Shown one piece after another: positions 58,321 through 60,830 of a stretch of DNA of 60,830 bases. Position numbers and translations under genes: made by a program. The DNA is taken from positions 1 through 60,830 of the IMG/VR virus record IMGVR_UViG_3300032053_000074; one strand, given 5' to 3'. The notes beneath the pieces are model-generated. The model ran no database searches. It saw only the letters and a list, made by a program, of their open reading frames with translations, and had not been told where the DNA came from. Source of the DNA: a virus (lineage: Duplodnaviria; Caudoviricetes). The number at the start of each line of letters is the position of its first letter. The stretch's first letter is position 1.

Positions 58321-58397
58321 TGGTGCGCCTGGAGGTAGTTGAAACCTCATCATATCCGGTTAAAAGCCGGGTGCCGATCCACTGTAGCATCAAACGC
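58321..58397 (-). tRNA. tRNA-Lys(TTT), atypical (A8, U53-A61)
   Basis: CCGG-CTTTTAA-CCGG; GAGGT-TTCAACT-ACCTC; ACCA. Confidence 0.85.
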
Positions 58398-58406
58398 ATT
58401 GAAAAC

Positions 58407-58519
58407 TAGATACCATTTTTTTGGTCTGCTGTCTTACCACTTGACCATATCATTCGAAAATGATAAATGGAATCGAACCATTGTATGCAGATTGAGTTTT
58501 ATTATGCTGTTAGTATCTA
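58407..58519 (-). ncRNA. Circularly permuted tRNA mimic (YrlA/Y-RNA-like)
   Basis: Order T-arm, closed acceptor hairpin (UUCG), D-arm; TCTGC/GCAGA stem; outer TAGATACTA/TGGTATCTA stem. Confidence 0.7.
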
Positions 58520-58528
58520 AATTATAAA

Positions 58529-58602
58529 TGGAGCCGGATGACAGAATCGAACTGTCATTCTCTGTTTACAAAACAGTAGTTCTACCATTGAACTAAACCG
58601 GC
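58529..58602 (-). tRNA. tRNA-Thr(TGT)
   Basis: CTGT-TTTGTAA-ACAG; GTTCGATTC; TCCA. Confidence 0.93.
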
Positions 58603-59289
58603 TTAAATCTTTTTAAATTCTATTCCATTTTCTGTCAATAATGCATAATCACCATCTTTACTTAGTCTTCCTATGCATATTAATTTTATGAGGAAATTAT
58701 TATATTCTACTACAAAGTTTCTATGATTATGCCCAATTAAAACCGCTTTTGTTTTATTATTCCATGGATAGGTTTTAATAAATTCATCTTTAGTAAATGT
58801 TTCTTCTGTAAAAGACCATAAATCATTAGGACGATTATGAAAACAGATATAATTACTTTCATCTGGTAAAATCAACTTAAATCCTCTTGGCAATCCCTTT
58901 AGATAATCAATATGTTGTTGAGTTAAATCATAAATATCCGACTCAGCTAAAACTGATTCTCCCTCATTATATTTCGGTAAAACCTTAACAAAACTGTCGC
59001 CGGTACTACAACCTAAAATATGGGATTCATGATTTCCTTCCAAACATGGAATCTGGTTGTCTATGAAATATTGAATTGATTTTTCATTCCACTTTTCTTT
59101 CACTTTAGAAAATAAAAAGGTAATATCACCCAAACAAATAAACTTATTATTCGAATAAATTTCTTTTAATTTTCTAATATTTGTAATATTAGTATGAGTA
59201 TCTGTAATTATAACTAACGGAAATTCTTTAACTTCAATTTCTTGAAGATTAGGTTTATTGTCGTATGACTTAGTTAGTATTAATTCCAT
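58603..59289 (-). CDS. Calcineurin-like metallophosphoesterase
   Basis: TDTH.N, CLGD, GNHE, CFH, GHNH motifs. Confidence 0.85.
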   Translation of the reverse strand: MELILTKSYDNKPNLQEIEVKEFPLVIITDTHTNITNIRKLKEIYSNNKFICLGDITFLFSKVKEKWNEKSIQYFIDNQIPCLEGNHESHILGCSTGDSFVKVLPKYNEGESVLAESDIYDLTQQHIDYLKGLPRGFKLILPDESNYICFHNRPNDLWSFTEETFTKDEFIKTYPWNNKTKAVLIGHNHRNFVVEYNNFLIKLICIGRLSKDGDYALLTENGIEFKKI

Positions 59290-59347
59290 ATCGTAACATA
59301 ATATCATATCCCTTGATTAGAGTCAAGTAATTAAGTTGGCATTATAA

Positions 59348-59396
59348 TGTCCGATATATGCGGTCTTATACTAGAATATTGTCCGATATATGCGGT
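59348..59396. repeat. 17-bp direct repeat TGTCCGATATATGCGGT x2 (32-bp period)
   Basis: Copies at 59348-59364 and 59380-59396. Confidence 0.85.
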
Positions 59397-59403
59397 TTTA
59401 AAT

Positions 59404-59479
59404 TGGTACCTCCAGCGAGACTCGAACTCGCAAACTCAGTTTCGAAGACTGTTATGATATCCAATTTCATCACAGAGGC
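59404..59479 (-). tRNA. tRNA-Arg(TCG)
   Basis: CAGT-CTTCGAA-ACTG; GTTCGAGTC; ACCA. Confidence 0.92.
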
Positions 59480-59492
59480 ATCTTAAATTAAT

Positions 59493-59629
59493 AGGTACTC
59501 GCAGTGCGAATACCCAACTCCTTCCACCGTTGGTGGATGAGATATTTTGCAACCAGAGCACTCAGAAATCCCACTTCGTTATTTCGCCTGTGCTAGGCTG
59601 GAAGCAGTACAATCCTGAACTGGTGCAAA
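59493..59629 (-). ncRNA. Unknown structured GC-rich RNA
   Basis: Long interrupted hairpin 59546-59629 plus hairpins at 59523-59537 and 59493-59515; G-U pairs favour the minus strand. Confidence 0.45.
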
Positions 59630-59634
59630 TTGTT

Positions 59635-60420
59635 TTATCCTAGAGATACTGTCCAAAAATCCCATGAAAGGTTTTGGTTTGCAATATACTCATAAGGCAT
59701 GGTAAAATATCCTTGGAGATTTCCATCTTTTATCCCCCAATTTTTTCCCCATGAATTTCTAATTAAAAATCGTTGTGTGGCATCGTCATATCCAATTGCC
59801 ATTACCGCATGACCACCAAGTAAACGTTCATTTTGGGTTGGCATATTTAATATTCCTGTATCTTGCATACTTTTAGATTCAAATCCATCATAAACTAGAA
59901 ACCCAAATACAAAACATTGTCCAGCCGCCAAACATGCTTTCATATCATTTAATGTATTTAAAGAATAATAACTATGAATTTTATTAGAGATAGCGTTAGC
60001 ATAGCATGAATCATATGGTTTAGTTGTAAACTTGTTAATAATATATTTCCATTCTCCCTCATTACACACTCCCTCGGTTGCTAATGTCTTTGCACCACTT
60101 CGTAATTCTGCCCCAGAATCTTCATTAACATTACCTTCCATAACTCGCTCATTATAATAAACAAATAAACGACTGACATCTCGATATAGTTTTCCACCAA
60201 AACCATTTTTACATTTGTTATATTGAACAAGACCTGCCCAAGCATTTGCTGTACAAGAACCTAAACTCCCTTGATCTTCGATATATGAACAATACTTTCT
60301 ATTGCTAACTGAAGATGGCAATGAAGTTGTAGAAATTGCTTTAAGTGTTGATAACTTTTTAAAAGTATAATCTCGTGGATCATTCTTCTGCTTTTTGACA
60401 TGGTATTTTCGTTTATTCAT
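59635..60420 (-). CDS. Papain-like (C1) cysteine peptidase
   Basis: DQGSLGSCTANA, SRLFVYYNER, GGHAV, IRNSWG. Confidence 0.92.
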   Translation of the reverse strand: MNKRKYHVKKQKNDPRDYTFKKLSTLKAISTTSLPSSVSNRKYCSYIEDQGSLGSCTANAWAGLVQYNKCKNGFGGKLYRDVSRLFVYYNERVMEGNVNEDSGAELRSGAKTLATEGVCNEGEWKYIINKFTTKPYDSCYANAISNKIHSYYSLNTLNDMKACLAAGQCFVFGFLVYDGFESKSMQDTGILNMPTQNERLLGGHAVMAIGYDDATQRFLIRNSWGKNWGIKDGNLQGYFTMPYEYIANQNLSWDFWTVSLG

Positions 60421-60459
60421 ATATTATAAATATGATGAATAAGAAGAATCGTATTATAA

Positions 60460-60747
60460 TTAAGCAGGAACTAATACATTTCCATTGGCAGAATCATCCC
60501 CATGTCTAAATGATTTCCATGCTTTGTGAAGCACTTCAGCTGCTAAATTCAATGATTTGAATTTATTTTTTTGACTTTGATTTATAGACTGATTTCTATG
60601 AGGAGTCGATATTAAACTTATAATATATCCATCTGGTTTAGCTATTAAAGTTCCTAAAAATATACTTCCGTATTTTACATCAATTGGATAATTAAACCCA
60701 TCCGATGTTGCTAATTCCTTAAATGTCTCAAACTCATATTTATTCAT
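60460..60747 (-). CDS. Hypothetical protein
   Basis: 95-aa ORF. Confidence 0.55.
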   Translation of the reverse strand: MNKYEFETFKELATSDGFNYPIDVKYGSIFLGTLIAKPDGYIISLISTPHRNQSINQSQKNKFKSLNLAAEVLHKAWKSFRHGDDSANGNVLVPA

Positions 60748-60830
60748 GTATGTATATATATTATTGAATTAATTTAATAATGAGAAAATTTATGGATCTA
60801 ATGTTACATAAGTTTTCTCAAAATCTTAAA

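Noticed and set aside
58339-58527. Plus-strand 62-aa ORF
   Set aside because: Antisense to tRNA-Lys and the permuted tRNA mimic; no coding support.
1-60830. Stop-codon recoding (code 15 or 4), as seen in some large phages
   Set aside because: Genes are full length and densely packed under code 11; TAG and TGA end real genes; no suppressor tRNA was seen.

Overview
A 60.8-kb, strongly AT-rich segment of a large T4-like myovirus (jumbo-phage style). It uses the standard genetic code and almost everything is on the minus strand. About 1-50 kb is a head, packaging, recombination, baseplate and tail module: prohead protease, portal with two HNH inteins, large terminase with a LAGLIDADG intein, a fused Mre11/SbcD-Rad50/SbcC gene, primase, RuvC-like resolvase, baseplate gp6/gp25/gp5-like genes, a late sigma-like factor, repeat-rich fibre proteins, and PhoH with a class-3 intein. 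About 51-60.8 kb is an accessory RNA island with 13 CCA-encoding tRNAs, several with non-canonical T/D arms. The highlight is a phage-encoded, compact (~256 nt) RNase P RNA at 53735-53990. It has a recognisable catalytic core but no canonical specificity (S) domain, and is followed directly by a separate 104-nt multi-hairpin RNA whose layout resembles a free-standing S domain. The island also holds a circularly permuted tRNA mimic of the YrlA/Y-RNA type (58407-58519), a solitary CRISPR-repeat-like unit inside a 17-bp duplication (52787-52822), two further unexplained structured RNAs and a prephenate-dehydrogenase-like gene. All calls come from manual motif reading and base-pairing; no database search was run.
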